A stretch of DNA of 64,000 nt, taken from assembly GCA_965205025.1 (NCBI GenBank), contig CBDBFU010000012.1, positions 1 to 64,000 on the forward strand. The letters run 5' to 3'. This stretch comes from Candidatus Poribacteria bacterium. GTDB taxonomy: Bacteria > Poribacteria > WGA-4E > WGA-3G. Positions 51,098 through 62,339 of the stretch are shown piece after piece. How positions within the stretch are numbered: position 1 is the first letter of the stretch; each line of letters starts with the position of its first letter. The notes under the pieces were generated by a model. It did no database searches. It worked only from the letters and a program-made list of their open reading frames with translations, and was not told the origin of the DNA. The position numbers and the translations under genes are program-made.

Positions 51098-51712
51098 ATG
51101 AATATGGATCCATTCCTCTCAATTTTTAAAATCGTTTATCCAATATTATTCGGTATAATGTCAACTTTTTTCTTAGTAATTGCACTTAGAGGAATCATTA
51201 CAAGACGTCCTTTCTTGATCTCAAGCAGGTGGCTGCTATATTTAATGTTTGTTGTTTTTATACCAACTATACTATTGTTCATATTTCTTCCTGTCACATC
51301 CTCATTCTTACTCAAATGGTTTAACCCTGCGGTTTTTACTGTTATTCTTGTCATGATGTGTATAATGTTAAAAGGTTTTTCTGCTTTTGGTGTTTCAGAC
51401 ATCACTTTTCGTGAAGCATTAATCACAACACTTGATAAACTACAGTTGTCTCATGAAGAAACTCTTTCATCAATTCGACTAACATCAGTTGAAGCGGATC
51501 TACAGGTATCTATCCACTCTTGGATAGGAACTGGAATGATCAAAATCAAACAACGGGAACATAGAACATTACTAACACAGATTGTATTAGAAATGAATAC
51601 TCACTTCCGTATGTCTGCTACACCATCAAACCTTACTCCCTGTATATTATATTTGGTTTTGGGAATTCTTATGTTGGGTGGCGGTGTTGGATTGGTATTC
51701 TTATTGACTTAA
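51098..51712 (+). CDS. Uncharacterised membrane protein (paralog 2)
   Basis: Tandem duplicate including the upstream AACAAAGCATAAT leader; AGGAG RBS. Confidence 0.8.
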   Translation: MNMDPFLSIFKIVYPILFGIMSTFFLVIALRGIITRRPFLISSRWLLYLMFVVFIPTILLFIFLPVTSSFLLKWFNPAVFTVILVMMCIMLKGFSAFGVSDITFREALITTLDKLQLSHEETLSSIRLTSVEADLQVSIHSWIGTGMIKIKQREHRTLLTQIVLEMNTHFRMSATPSNLTPCILYLVLGILMLGGGVGLVFLLT

Positions 51713-51835
51713 ATTGTATGAATCTATTTTCTATAAGTGTTTAAAAATCAATACTCAATCATTGTAATTCGTATATGAAATATATATGATCATAATTAAC
51801 CTATACCAGAGTACAGTCAAAATTATATAAAAAAT

Positions 51836-53660
51836 ATGAAGGAAGTTACACTGATAAAGGTCATATTAATATGTATACTGATTAGTGCGGGTCTATTGGT
51901 GTTTCGAAACCTTGGACACAGCAAGATTCATTTTTGGGATGAAGCATTTCATGCTATTGTTGCACGCAACCTAACAAAACATCCAATAAAGTTTACACTC
52001 TATGATCAACCATGGTTGAAATATGACTATAAGGGATGGGGAGAAAATCATATATGGCTGCATAAACCACCCGTTGCGATGTGGGAAATCTGTATATCCC
52101 ATTTCATCTTTGGAATAAATGCTTTCGCTCTTCGGTTTCCTTCGGCAATAAGTCTTGTATTGTGTGCATGGTTAACATATAGAATTGCTTCTGATCTTAT
52201 AGATAAACGGACTGGATTAATTGCTGCATTTTTTCAAGCATTTAATCCATTTCTGTTTGAATCTGTTCACGGCTACCGTTTTTCTGATCACATTGATATA
52301 GCTTTACTACTATGGGTGCAAGTATCATGTTGGTTTTTACTTCGAGCAATTCGTACAGGAAAAAATAGGAATTACATATTATCTGGCATCGCAATGGGGA
52401 TAGCCTATCTTTCCAAGAGTTATCTTGCCTTGATTACTATCGGAATTGCCTTTGTTGTTTGGTTTGTGGAATGGTTCAAACAAATACGGTATAACAGGAA
52501 GAATGAATCTGATAATAATGAATCAAATGAAACGGATTCAATTGAGAATTTATCCTATATACCAACTGCACATATCAGGCTAAAGGATTTAGGGATACTC
52601 TTCTTAAGTGGTATTGTTACTGTTGCACCATGGGTAGTTTATTGTCTGATTTTTCATACTAAGGAATATATATGGGAACATAAACGAGTTATTGATCATC
52701 TAAATACGAATGTAGAGAATTGGGCGGCAGCATGGGATAGACCATTATTTGAATATATGCCTTTGTTCTATCCATTCTTCTATGCTATTATCTTTGCTAT
52801 TGTTCTGTGTTTAATTGTTGTATTGATTAGACGATGGCGATTACCAGAATTATTTCTGTTAGCATGGGCAATTGGGGTTATCGTACCACATACATTGGCA
52901 GAAACAAAGACTCCTTCTGCAACGATGATAGCCGTTCCACCATTACTGATCTGTTTGGCTTTTGTAATTAGTAAAGCATGGGAAAGAAGGGATTGGTTAT
53001 ACACCAGTATTTGGGGATCGTCAATGCTATCATTAGTTATAATTACTTATATAGCATCCAAGTACAACGGGAAATATTCGTTTCGTAATATACTACCAAT
53101 TGAAGGGATCAAAGGGTTTTGCACCTTTTGTCGCCAAACATATATGGATAGTGGAACAGCTTATCGGATTTACTCTTATCCTTATAGTAATCTTACTGAT
53201 TGACAATCTAATTCGTCGGTTGGATTGGAATAGATGGGCATGGACAGGACTACGAATTATCGCACTCATACTTACTGTTTTCTACGCAGGAAAATATGTG
53301 CATACAGCATACAATGTAACAAGTAGGAATGTTCAAATTCCATTATATGTTAAAAGTGGAGAAAGAATCCAACGAGAGCTTCCAGAGAATGCATGTTTTT
53401 TCACTGATGATGAACGCACTGGAGCACACTTCGATTTAATGTACTATGCAGATAGATCTACATATCAGATAAACAACGTCCATAGGAAAACACCACGTAA
53501 TTACATATCACAAGCAAAAGAGGCACGGAGTGCTGGAGCGATTCCATATTTATATTCTGTAAAACAGACAGATTATAAATACCCACTAATTATTGATGAA
53601 GAAATAGATATTGGAAATGGGAAAAAACAAAGGTATAGAATCTATGAAATTGTGGAATGA
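51836..53660 (+). CDS. ArnT/PMT-like (GT39/GT83) membrane glycosyltransferase (frameshift near 53100-53125)
   Basis: FWDEAFH..VA, HKPP, ALRFPSA, LSK motifs. The overlapping ORF 53100..53660 continues with TM and periplasmic segments. Confidence 0.8.
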
Positions 53661-53790
53661 CCATTTTTATTATTTTGATAGTCTTTGTTAAAATTGACAA
53701 AAGTTTAGTTCTTAGTTGATTTATTAATATAGATGATTTTATTTTTAATCATGAATTTTATTCATTAATAATATAGTTGTCTTCACCAAT

Positions 53791-56790
53791 TTGGAGGTGA
53801 TCGGTTCTATGAAACTAATAAGTTATTCGATATTATTATTATTGTTTTTAGTTCTCATTACAATGACTCTAAATGCAGCAGTAGACTGGAAAGCTTTAGA
53901 TGTAGGAAATTTATCATCAGCTGTTTTTAACACAACTGTCGTCGGTTATCCGAGTAATCCCACAGCTAATCCTTCCGGATGGTGGCCCGCAGGTACAAAC
54001 GATTCATACATTTTTGAGGGAGATATATGGATTGGTGCAAAAAAGAACGGAGAAGTAGGTGTTGCTGAATCAGATGGTAGACAAAGTGAAATATGGCCTA
54101 CCGATGATGCACCAGAGGTGGTTTCTAAAAAACCTGGAGTGACTTCAAAAGGAACACCTACGAATCAATCTATTTGGTTCAAATGTTCTGACACCAATCC
54201 TGAAGCAAATAAAGGATTAATACTCGGATTAGAGATTGAGGTTAATGGATTCCAATGGAGTTATGCTCCACTGTATGACTTCTTCATCCTTGAATATAAT
54301 GTGAAGAACATAGGGGAAGACACCCTTGAAGACCTATTTATGGCGTTTAGGTATGATGTTGATATTTCAAGTAATGAAACAGGCACAGCCAGTTATTCAG
54401 CAGATGACTTTGTGGCACTTGATCAGACACCAGATAGTCTAAATCCAGATGACCATCCAAACCGATATCTATCATACGGTTTCTCGAATGCTTCAGCACC
54501 AGGATATATTGGTTTACGTGTTCTCAATGCCTATATTGGTGATGATGCTGAAGATGATTCAGCTACAATTCCTTTCACAGCTCATAAGAGAATTACAATC
54601 GATACCGATCCATCAACAGATGCAGAGATGTATGCATTAATCAGTACTCCAGGTGTGGAACCCCTTCCTGCTAACTATGATGATCAACGTTTTATACAAT
54701 CATACGGTCCAGTCGAATCTTTTGCACCAGGAGATACTTTTAACGTCATCATCGCAGTAGCAATTGGAGAAGGTTTGGCAGGTTTGCAGGCCTCATCAGA
54801 TTGGGCACAGAAACTGTATGATGATGATTATATTGCTCCTGCTCCACCACCATCCCCTCTTGTGACTGCCTATCCTGCAGATGGTCAAGTATCTCTGATA
54901 TGGGAGAGTACTGATCGTTGGGTGACTGATGGTGTAAATAAGAGTATAGAAGAATATATTGACCCAACTGATTCAGAGAAGATATTTGAAGGTTACAGAG
55001 TTTATAGACGTGATACTTCTTACGATGAGAGTACAGGTAAACCTGTAGAAAATTGGGAAATGTTGATGGAATTCGACAAACCAAGTGCTACAGGTAATTT
55101 CTTCACTGTTTCACACGTTGGAAAGCTATCAGAAGCAACTATTGAGAGTATGGGAGTCGAACCATCTTTTGCAGACTTCTTTAAGAATGCCACATACGCT
55201 ATAAAGTTTAATTCAAGTACGGATTTTGAAATCATCAATACTACTTTATGGGAAGTCTTGGCATTTAACGAATCATTCCCAGGTGATGGTGGGGGGTATG
55301 TTGTCGTAAAAGATCCAAATTCAGGTGAGCCATTTCCTGATGGTACATATCGGTCTGGAGAACTAATCTATTTTGGCGGACTCTATGTCAAGATTACTGA
55401 TGGCCCCTCAGGTCCACCAGTTGCAGGAGATATTTTTCGTGTTGTTTCTACTCCGTCAATTGCGTTAGGTGAAGACGCAGGTATAAAAAATTTCTATACT
55501 GACGAAGGTCTGATCAATGGACTTCAATACACTTATGCAGTCACCTCCTATGATACAGGAAATCCTAAGAAAGCATTGCCTTCAATGGAAAGTAGCCAGA
55601 TTGAAACGATGGTTCATGTAGTTCCACGTTCACAACCTGCTGGGTATAGAGAACCGACAGTAAACGTAGAAATGCCCGATGCTGTGACTGTAACGATCGA
55701 ACCAATGGTCTTAGCACCAAAGAAAGTAACGGGACATCAATACAAGATGGTCTGGTATGGTGCAAAGCAAACTGGTCCGGGGGCATACATAACAGGACCA
55801 GGTTATCAACCACCCTCTTATGAGATAATCGACACAGTCACTAACCAGACTGTCGTAGAAAAACAAATCTTTGACTGGTATGATGCTAACCATTATGCTG
55901 CTTTTGAAGCACTATCACCGATGTTTGATGGTATCATCTTGAAAATGAAAGGTGTTGATATAACCTATGACACTCCTGATGAAAACCCAATTAATGACGT
56001 TAAACTTACTGCAGGTTCAGTTACGGATTGGTCAGTAAAGATTGAATCCCCAGGTGCAGGTGAAAATACTTGGCCAAACATTTTCTGGGCTACATATTAT
56101 CGTCCACATATATACACTATTACATTTATTGACGATACACATGTTAAAGTTGTCGATGAGGATATGGATGAAGAAATCGAATTTAATGACCAACGGGCAG
56201 ATGGATATGCCATTCTAACAGGTTCAGGTTGGAGCGATGAATACATACCGGCAGATACACAGGGTTATTTTAGAATCTTCATCCGTGGAGCGTATGTCTA
56301 TATTTTTGATCCTAACGGAGAATTATCCACCGGAGACGTTTTCACGGTAGATATGGGTGGAATTAGTGCACCCCAAGATGGGGACGAAGTTCTAATTTCA
56401 ACACAAGGTGAATCACTTGATTCTGAGAATATCAAGGATGACCTTGATGATATACGTGTGGTGCCAAATCCGTATTTTGTCACTAACAAAACTGTTACAG
56501 CAGAAGGAACGGATCAAGTTTTCTTCACCCATCTCCCACCACGATGTACAATCAGAGTATACACATTAGCAGGTGAATTAGTACGAGAAATAAAACATGA
56601 AAGTACAACACTCTTCAACCCAGATGAACGTTTAGCACAAGGGGATAAGGGAGGTACAGCAGAATTCGATCTGCTTAACCGCTACAATCAAGCACTTGCA
56701 AGTGGTGTGTATATATTCCATGTTGAAGCGATAGATGAAAGCAATGCAGTTATTGGAAATAAGATAGGTCGTTTTGCAATTATACGATAA
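53791..56790 (+). CDS. Large secreted acidic protein with T9SS-like/FlgD-Ig C-terminal domain
   Basis: Signal peptide; FEGYRVYR and YTYAVTSYD (FN3-like); IRVVPNPY...FTHLP..CTIRVYTLAGELVREI...LASGVYIFHVEA. Confidence 0.85.
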   Translation: MEVIGSMKLISYSILLLLFLVLITMTLNAAVDWKALDVGNLSSAVFNTTVVGYPSNPTANPSGWWPAGTNDSYIFEGDIWIGAKKNGEVGVAESDGRQSEIWPTDDAPEVVSKKPGVTSKGTPTNQSIWFKCSDTNPEANKGLILGLEIEVNGFQWSYAPLYDFFILEYNVKNIGEDTLEDLFMAFRYDVDISSNETGTASYSADDFVALDQTPDSLNPDDHPNRYLSYGFSNASAPGYIGLRVLNAYIGDDAEDDSATIPFTAHKRITIDTDPSTDAEMYALISTPGVEPLPANYDDQRFIQSYGPVESFAPGDTFNVIIAVAIGEGLAGLQASSDWAQKLYDDDYIAPAPPPSPLVTAYPADGQVSLIWESTDRWVTDGVNKSIEEYIDPTDSEKIFEGYRVYRRDTSYDESTGKPVENWEMLMEFDKPSATGNFFTVSHVGKLSEATIESMGVEPSFADFFKNATYAIKFNSSTDFEIINTTLWEVLAFNESFPGDGGGYVVVKDPNSGEPFPDGTYRSGELIYFGGLYVKITDGPSGPPVAGDIFRVVSTPSIALGEDAGIKNFYTDEGLINGLQYTYAVTSYDTGNPKKALPSMESSQIETMVHVVPRSQPAGYREPTVNVEMPDAVTVTIEPMVLAPKKVTGHQYKMVWYGAKQTGPGAYITGPGYQPPSYEIIDTVTNQTVVEKQIFDWYDANHYAAFEALSPMFDGIILKMKGVDITYDTPDENPINDVKLTAGSVTDWSVKIESPGAGENTWPNIFWATYYRPHIYTITFIDDTHVKVVDEDMDEEIEFNDQRADGYAILTGSGWSDEYIPADTQGYFRIFIRGAYVYIFDPNGELSTGDVFTVDMGGISAPQDGDEVLISTQGESLDSENIKDDLDDIRVVPNPYFVTNKTVTAEGTDQVFFTHLPPRCTIRVYTLAGELVREIKHESTTLFNPDERLAQGDKGGTAEFDLLNRYNQALASGVYIFHVEAIDESNAVIGNKIGRFAIIR

Positions 56791-56828
56791 TGTTTTTGTT
56801 CATAGACAACGCTTTATAGGAGTGATAC

Positions 56829-57971
56829 ATGTATAATTCTATTTTTGGTGAACATATAGAAGATAATAATACCAACCTAAGAAAGATAGTTAACATGAAG
56901 ATTGGCACTTTTACATTTTTGCTTTTTATCATCTTTGCACTGTTTATATTTTACAATGTTCCAAGCCATGCTACTACAAATGTAGGGACTGCAGGAGCAC
57001 AGTTTTTGAAGATTGGACCAGGTGCAAGGGTTGATAGTCTTGGAGGGACGTTTGGTGCAATTGCCAATGATGTTACAACAATCTATTGGAACCCTGCAGG
57101 GTTAAGCCAACTTAAGAAGACCAGTTTTTCTGATACACATACACTCTGGATTGCAGATATTCAATATAATTATCTTGCTTTTGCTACCCCAATTGAGAAT
57201 GTAGGAACTCTTGGGGCGAGTGTTACATTTCTAAATGTACCAGACATAGAAATCACTACCCTCGCAAAACCAGATGGTACAGGTCTTATGTATTCTGCCT
57301 GGGATTCCGCTGTTTCGTTGGCATACTCCAGACAACTCTATGAAAAAGATTCTGGTGCTAAACTATCCTTTGGTATAAATACTAAATACATACACCAGCA
57401 AATTCATAGAGAGAAAGCAACGGGAGTCGCATTAGATGTTGGTACATTGTATCATACTGGATGGCGTAGTCTAAGGATAGGTATGTCATTTTCAAACTTT
57501 GGTCCAGAAATGAGTTTCAGTGGACCGGATCTTGAGACAGGCGTAGAAGAAGCAGGAGATGAACGAAATGCTGAATATCATCCATTTCCAGATACAACCA
57601 ATCCAGCACGAAAAGCGGAATTAAAAACCATCGAATATCCACTACCTTCTAATTTTAGACTCGGTATTGCTTATGATCTTATTGATTCTGATGCCAATCT
57701 TCTTACAATCGCACTTGATGGTAACCACCCAAATGACAACAGTGAACGACTTAACTTTGGTATGGAATACTGGTATAAGAGGATGGCAGCGATTCGCGCA
57801 GGGTACAAACTTCGATTGGGTCCAGATAGAGTTGATGATCAAGAAGGAATTACTCTCGGTTTAGGAATACACCTAAAATTCTCTGAAACTACGCTATCTC
57901 TTGATTATGCATTTGCTGATTTTGGTCATTTACAACAAGCACATAGAATTAGCTTAGGACTCAACTTCTAA
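56829..57971 (+). CDS. PorV/PorQ (UPF0164)-like outer-membrane beta-barrel
   Basis: GTAGAQFLKIGPGAR, IYWNPAGL, HRISLG, terminal Phe. The start is probably ATG 56895. Confidence 0.85.
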   Translation: MYNSIFGEHIEDNNTNLRKIVNMKIGTFTFLLFIIFALFIFYNVPSHATTNVGTAGAQFLKIGPGARVDSLGGTFGAIANDVTTIYWNPAGLSQLKKTSFSDTHTLWIADIQYNYLAFATPIENVGTLGASVTFLNVPDIEITTLAKPDGTGLMYSAWDSAVSLAYSRQLYEKDSGAKLSFGINTKYIHQQIHREKATGVALDVGTLYHTGWRSLRIGMSFSNFGPEMSFSGPDLETGVEEAGDERNAEYHPFPDTTNPARKAELKTIEYPLPSNFRLGIAYDLIDSDANLLTIALDGNHPNDNSERLNFGMEYWYKRMAAIRAGYKLRLGPDRVDDQEGITLGLGIHLKFSETTLSLDYAFADFGHLQQAHRISLGLNF

Positions 57972-58067
57972 AATCACAGATATGGCATTAATTAACATAT
58001 TATACCATTTTCACTTGAGATATAAATTACGTCTTACAACTAATAGAACCAATTAGATGTAGAGTTA

Positions 58068-58150
58068 GAGTCCCGTAGGGACGGAATGTTTATAGAATAG
58101 ACAACTTCAACATAGATTGAGTCCCGTAGGGACGGAATGTTTATAGAATA
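58068..58150 (+). repeat. Repeat-spacer-repeat unit (period 51)
   Basis: Two identical GAGTCCCGTAGGGACGGAATGTTTATAGAATA copies around a 19-nt unique spacer. Confidence 0.85.
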
Positions 58151-58242
58151 ACTTTTGACCTAAATTGACTCTTTCGATCTACTATTAATCTAAACTGATT
58201 AAGTAGAATTGGTATTACTTTCTAACTGAATATACTTCAAAT

Positions 58243-59667
58243 ATGATTTCCAAACCGAATATCGTTTACCTACTTGCAGATCAAATACGTGCTTCTTCAC
58301 TCCCTATATATGGTGAGGAACAAATTCAAACACCACATATTGATCGACTTGCAGAAGAGGGCACAGTATTTTCTAACGCAATAGCAACTGCTCCAGTATG
58401 TACTCCATACAGATCCATGCTATTGACAGGAAGACACCCACAGACAACTGGACACCTTATTAATTTTGTAAGGACAAGACATGATGAAATTGGTATTGGT
58501 GATGTCTTCAGTAGAAATGGATATAATACAGCCTGGATTGGAAAATGGCATCTTCACACGGGTTCATTTCCTGAAATAGGGGGTCGTGATTATGTACCTG
58601 AAGGACGGGATAGACTTGGCTTTCAACATTGGAGAGGTTACAATTTTCATACCGATTATTTCAATGGTACCGTAAACCTTGATGATTGGCGTAATGAAAG
58701 ATGGGAAGGTTATGAAACTGATGCGTTGAATCAATATGCCTTCCAATTTATGGATCAGCAGAATGAAGATACACCTTTTTGCATTTTTATCTCTCCACAC
58801 CAAGCACATTCCACACCTTATGAATATGCACCTCAAGAATACTATGATAGACTCCCATCAGACCTACATCTTCCAGAAAACGTGCCGAATTCGGTAAAAG
58901 AGCAATCCTTAAAAGTATATCGACACTATCTGGCAATGACTTTGGCAGTAGATGATATGCTTGGTGATTTAATGTCATATCTTGAGAAAACTGGTCGTGT
59001 TGAGAATACACTGCTTATCTTTGGATCGGATCACGGTACACAGGGTGGTGCACAAGGTATCAACTTCTGGGCAAAGAAAAAACCTTACGAGGAATCCATC
59101 AAAGTTCCACTCATTATGAGACTTCCAGGTGTATTTGAACGAAACAGAATCTGTGATACTCTTACCTCACCTGTCGATCTGTTCCCGTCTCTTTGTGGTT
59201 TATGCGATATTCAACCCCCAAGAACTGTTGAAGGTTATGACCTATCTGCATCATGGCGAGGTGAACCAAATGCTTTTGAACAGAACGCAGTACTAACTAT
59301 GAACTTTGGCGCGACTTATGATTATCTGGTTGATGGTGACGAATGGCGTGGAGTTCGTACAAAAACACACAGCTATGCCCAATGGTTGGATGGGAAACGG
59401 ATGTTATATAAATTGGAAGAAGATCCGCTTCAAATAAATAACCTAATTGACAGTGCAGAAGCCAAACCATTGATAAATGAAATGGAGAATACTCTAACAG
59501 AATTGATGAATGTTCGGAATGATAAACTGCAACCTGCCACTAATTATACGGATTGGTATGATGCTCAACGTCGTATCATTCGAAATGCTCACGGTCCTCT
59601 TGGTAACCCTGAAGATGAACCGGATTGGTCTCTGTTGTCAAATTTTACATTCCCTAATTATGGTTGA
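58243..59667 (+). CDS. Formylglycine-dependent sulfatase
   Basis: PNIVYLLADQ, CTPYR, GKWHL, SDHG. Confidence 0.93.
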   Translation: MISKPNIVYLLADQIRASSLPIYGEEQIQTPHIDRLAEEGTVFSNAIATAPVCTPYRSMLLTGRHPQTTGHLINFVRTRHDEIGIGDVFSRNGYNTAWIGKWHLHTGSFPEIGGRDYVPEGRDRLGFQHWRGYNFHTDYFNGTVNLDDWRNERWEGYETDALNQYAFQFMDQQNEDTPFCIFISPHQAHSTPYEYAPQEYYDRLPSDLHLPENVPNSVKEQSLKVYRHYLAMTLAVDDMLGDLMSYLEKTGRVENTLLIFGSDHGTQGGAQGINFWAKKKPYEESIKVPLIMRLPGVFERNRICDTLTSPVDLFPSLCGLCDIQPPRTVEGYDLSASWRGEPNAFEQNAVLTMNFGATYDYLVDGDEWRGVRTKTHSYAQWLDGKRMLYKLEEDPLQINNLIDSAEAKPLINEMENTLTELMNVRNDKLQPATNYTDWYDAQRRIIRNAHGPLGNPEDEPDWSLLSNFTFPNYG

Positions 59668-59851
59668 GATCCATTATTTTATTCATCAAATTAGGTACTA
59701 ATTCAGTTTACTGTAGTACGAAAGCTAATGTTTGATCTGAATATTAATTTCTGTCTGCTTCGGATGAGATAATCTTTGTAGATAATTTATCCCGTTGAAA
59801 TATGGTAATCACTCCACTGAAATTGAGTCGCCCGTAAGTGAATAGATTCAA

Positions 59852-62245
59852 TCAGGAGATTTTTCTACTGATTGAATCGAAATTCGTACCTTTTGGCATA
59901 ACAAAGAGACATTGTCCATTACTGCGTGCTTCCCATAATTCACCTATTTCCCGTTTTTCTACAGCATCATCAGCTGACCAAAGATGGCTTCCTTTTGACT
60001 CAACAACCAAATAGCGTCCATCAGTCAAAAGACAAACAAAATCAGGATAAAACTTGTCAGTTGAAGTTTGAAGCCAAAAAGAAAATGTCTGTTGTCGTTC
60101 TATATTTCGCACCCAAAACTTGACTAATTGATGCATGTCGATAAATTGGGCACACTGGAATTCTTCACCACCATCTTTCAGATCACCGACAGATGGGTAA
60201 TAATGTTTTTTAAATTGATAAGAACCCTTATATCGAGTATTACAAGGATATCGCTGTGGATCGAAAGAAAAGCAGTGGTCAGGAGATACAACAACTGGTG
60301 TTGCACATTCAGGTAATAATAGATTCCGATATGCATCAGAGTGTGTCTTTTGTCGATAACTATCAATCTTTGTTGCTGCAGCATTTTTGAGAATATATTT
60401 ATTACGGATTAGGACTTCTAGCGAAATACCACGACCATCAACAAGATAATTGACTAATCGTTTAAGAAAGGGAAGTGATTCACTGCGTAATATATCTAAA
60501 TGTACGATAGATCTATCAAGCCAGTCTGCAAGACGTGATGCATCCCAGTTCTTATCAGGCGCGAGGAGAGACATTTGTTGATGTAAAATGCCTATATACT
60601 GTGCCTCAACTCTACCTTCTTCAGAAATACCTATCTCACCCCTTTGTCCTGTTTCAAATTCAGATGGAAATTCTTCTTCTGTAAGTTCGGCGTTACATTC
60701 TGACAATTTCCATATAGTCTCTAAAAATCGAGATGATTCAAAATCCAGAATGTTTTGATCATTTTGAACCATCAACTTTGGTACTCTAAAATATTGACCT
60801 TGTTCAGATGGTGCAGGTTCCTGATTATGTTGTGCAATTCCCTCAAAAAATGGAAAATCCATTTGTTGGTCATTACTTGGGCGGATAAGTTCTGCAGCTT
60901 CCTGCTTCTCAAATCCGTTTTGAACGAGTCCATCAACCAAGGATAAGGCAGCATTAGAGAAATTTTGAGAGGTAACATAAGCATAAGCACAATTTAGTGA
61001 TTCGTGCTTTTTACGCTGTGCTTTCGGTAACCTCATGACCCTACCTAAGATCTGTTCAACGGTAGTTGTGGACTTGATTTCTGCTACAGAGCAAAGTATG
61101 TATGCAAATGGACAATCCCAACCTTCCCTTAATGCTTGTACTGTAATCACATAACGGATTTTGCAATCCTTATCAATAATGTCAACATCGTCAAGATCTT
61201 TATCCTCCCCAGTAGCACGAGCGACATGTTCCTTAGGAATCTGGTGTTCCTCAATCAAACATTGTTCAACAACTTCGACAGTCAGAGTTTCTTTGTTCTT
61301 ACTTTTTGGTTGTGCCTGAATCAGCATAATTGGACGAATGTATTCTCCTGTTTGCTGTTGTTCATTCTTAGCATCCATTTCCAAAGTATTACGCTGTGCA
61401 ATTGCTGAACTAAGCAGTTGTTTCCAATCAGGCATTGTTTCTAATTGGATAGGCATTTTTATCATATCTTCCGCATGCAGTTCTGCTGCAGAGACAGAAT
61501 AGAGTACATTAGATGGATTTGTTGTAGTATCTGGGGTAGCAGTAAATTCTACTATTGCCGATGGATTGAATCGAGCGAGTGTATCAAATGAGAGTGATGT
61601 CCGTGCATTATGTGCCTCATCAACAATCACAAGTGGGCGTTTAACACATAATAGATTCGCAAGAGAGTAGATTGGTTTACCATCTTCATCGTGTTCAAGT
61701 TCTGTCAGTGTATCTTCAGAAAGGTGTGTGAAGTGTCCCATTAGTGCCCCTGACTGTTCATAAACTTTTCTGCCATCTGTGTCTTCAACACGAAAAGCTT
61801 GCATGGTAGATACAATAATCGTAGTTTTAGTATTAAGGACATGTAGCGGAAGAGATAGTGCTTCACTTATAGTGAATACCTCAATGTTATGTCTTGCGGA
61901 TACAAAAGCATCTCTATAGGGATGTTCTCTTGTTTTTAATGCGTTAAGTGTCTGTTCTCGGATTGCGTTTGATGGAGTGAGCCAAAGAACCAACGGATTA
62001 TCGGTTTTTAATAGTTCAGAGGCTGTAATACTGACAGCATGACAGGCAACGAAAGTTTTTCCACCGCCTGTAGGAAGACGTAGACAAACGTAAGGAAGGC
62101 CTGGCAAAGCTTCAACTGCAGCATAGGGTCGCTGTGTTAATTCATAAAATGCCGTGTTAGCATTCTGAAAACCAAGACATTTTTCATAATAGGTTTTTAA
62201 TGTTTCAAGTGTGTGTTCTTGATATTCTTTGAGAGGTAGGTGCAT
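59852..62245 (-). CDS. Type III restriction enzyme Res subunit (SF2 helicase + PD-(D/E)xK)
   Basis: PTGGGKT, DEAH, TATP, ALREGWDCP, QILGR, FYPDFV..VESKG. Confidence 0.88.
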   Translation of the reverse strand: MHLPLKEYQEHTLETLKTYYEKCLGFQNANTAFYELTQRPYAAVEALPGLPYVCLRLPTGGGKTFVACHAVSITASELLKTDNPLVLWLTPSNAIREQTLNALKTREHPYRDAFVSARHNIEVFTISEALSLPLHVLNTKTTIIVSTMQAFRVEDTDGRKVYEQSGALMGHFTHLSEDTLTELEHDEDGKPIYSLANLLCVKRPLVIVDEAHNARTSLSFDTLARFNPSAIVEFTATPDTTTNPSNVLYSVSAAELHAEDMIKMPIQLETMPDWKQLLSSAIAQRNTLEMDAKNEQQQTGEYIRPIMLIQAQPKSKNKETLTVEVVEQCLIEEHQIPKEHVARATGEDKDLDDVDIIDKDCKIRYVITVQALREGWDCPFAYILCSVAEIKSTTTVEQILGRVMRLPKAQRKKHESLNCAYAYVTSQNFSNAALSLVDGLVQNGFEKQEAAELIRPSNDQQMDFPFFEGIAQHNQEPAPSEQGQYFRVPKLMVQNDQNILDFESSRFLETIWKLSECNAELTEEEFPSEFETGQRGEIGISEEGRVEAQYIGILHQQMSLLAPDKNWDASRLADWLDRSIVHLDILRSESLPFLKRLVNYLVDGRGISLEVLIRNKYILKNAAATKIDSYRQKTHSDAYRNLLLPECATPVVVSPDHCFSFDPQRYPCNTRYKGSYQFKKHYYPSVGDLKDGGEEFQCAQFIDMHQLVKFWVRNIERQQTFSFWLQTSTDKFYPDFVCLLTDGRYLVVESKGSHLWSADDAVEKREIGELWEARSNGQCLFVMPKGTNFDSISRKIS

Positions 62246-62339
62246 TGTTTTTGTTTTGGGTTACATCTATTCATTCTTCAGTTTTCTGGTTGATTACATA
62301 GAATCACAAGGTTATTGTTCTCAGATTTCTTTATTTCTT

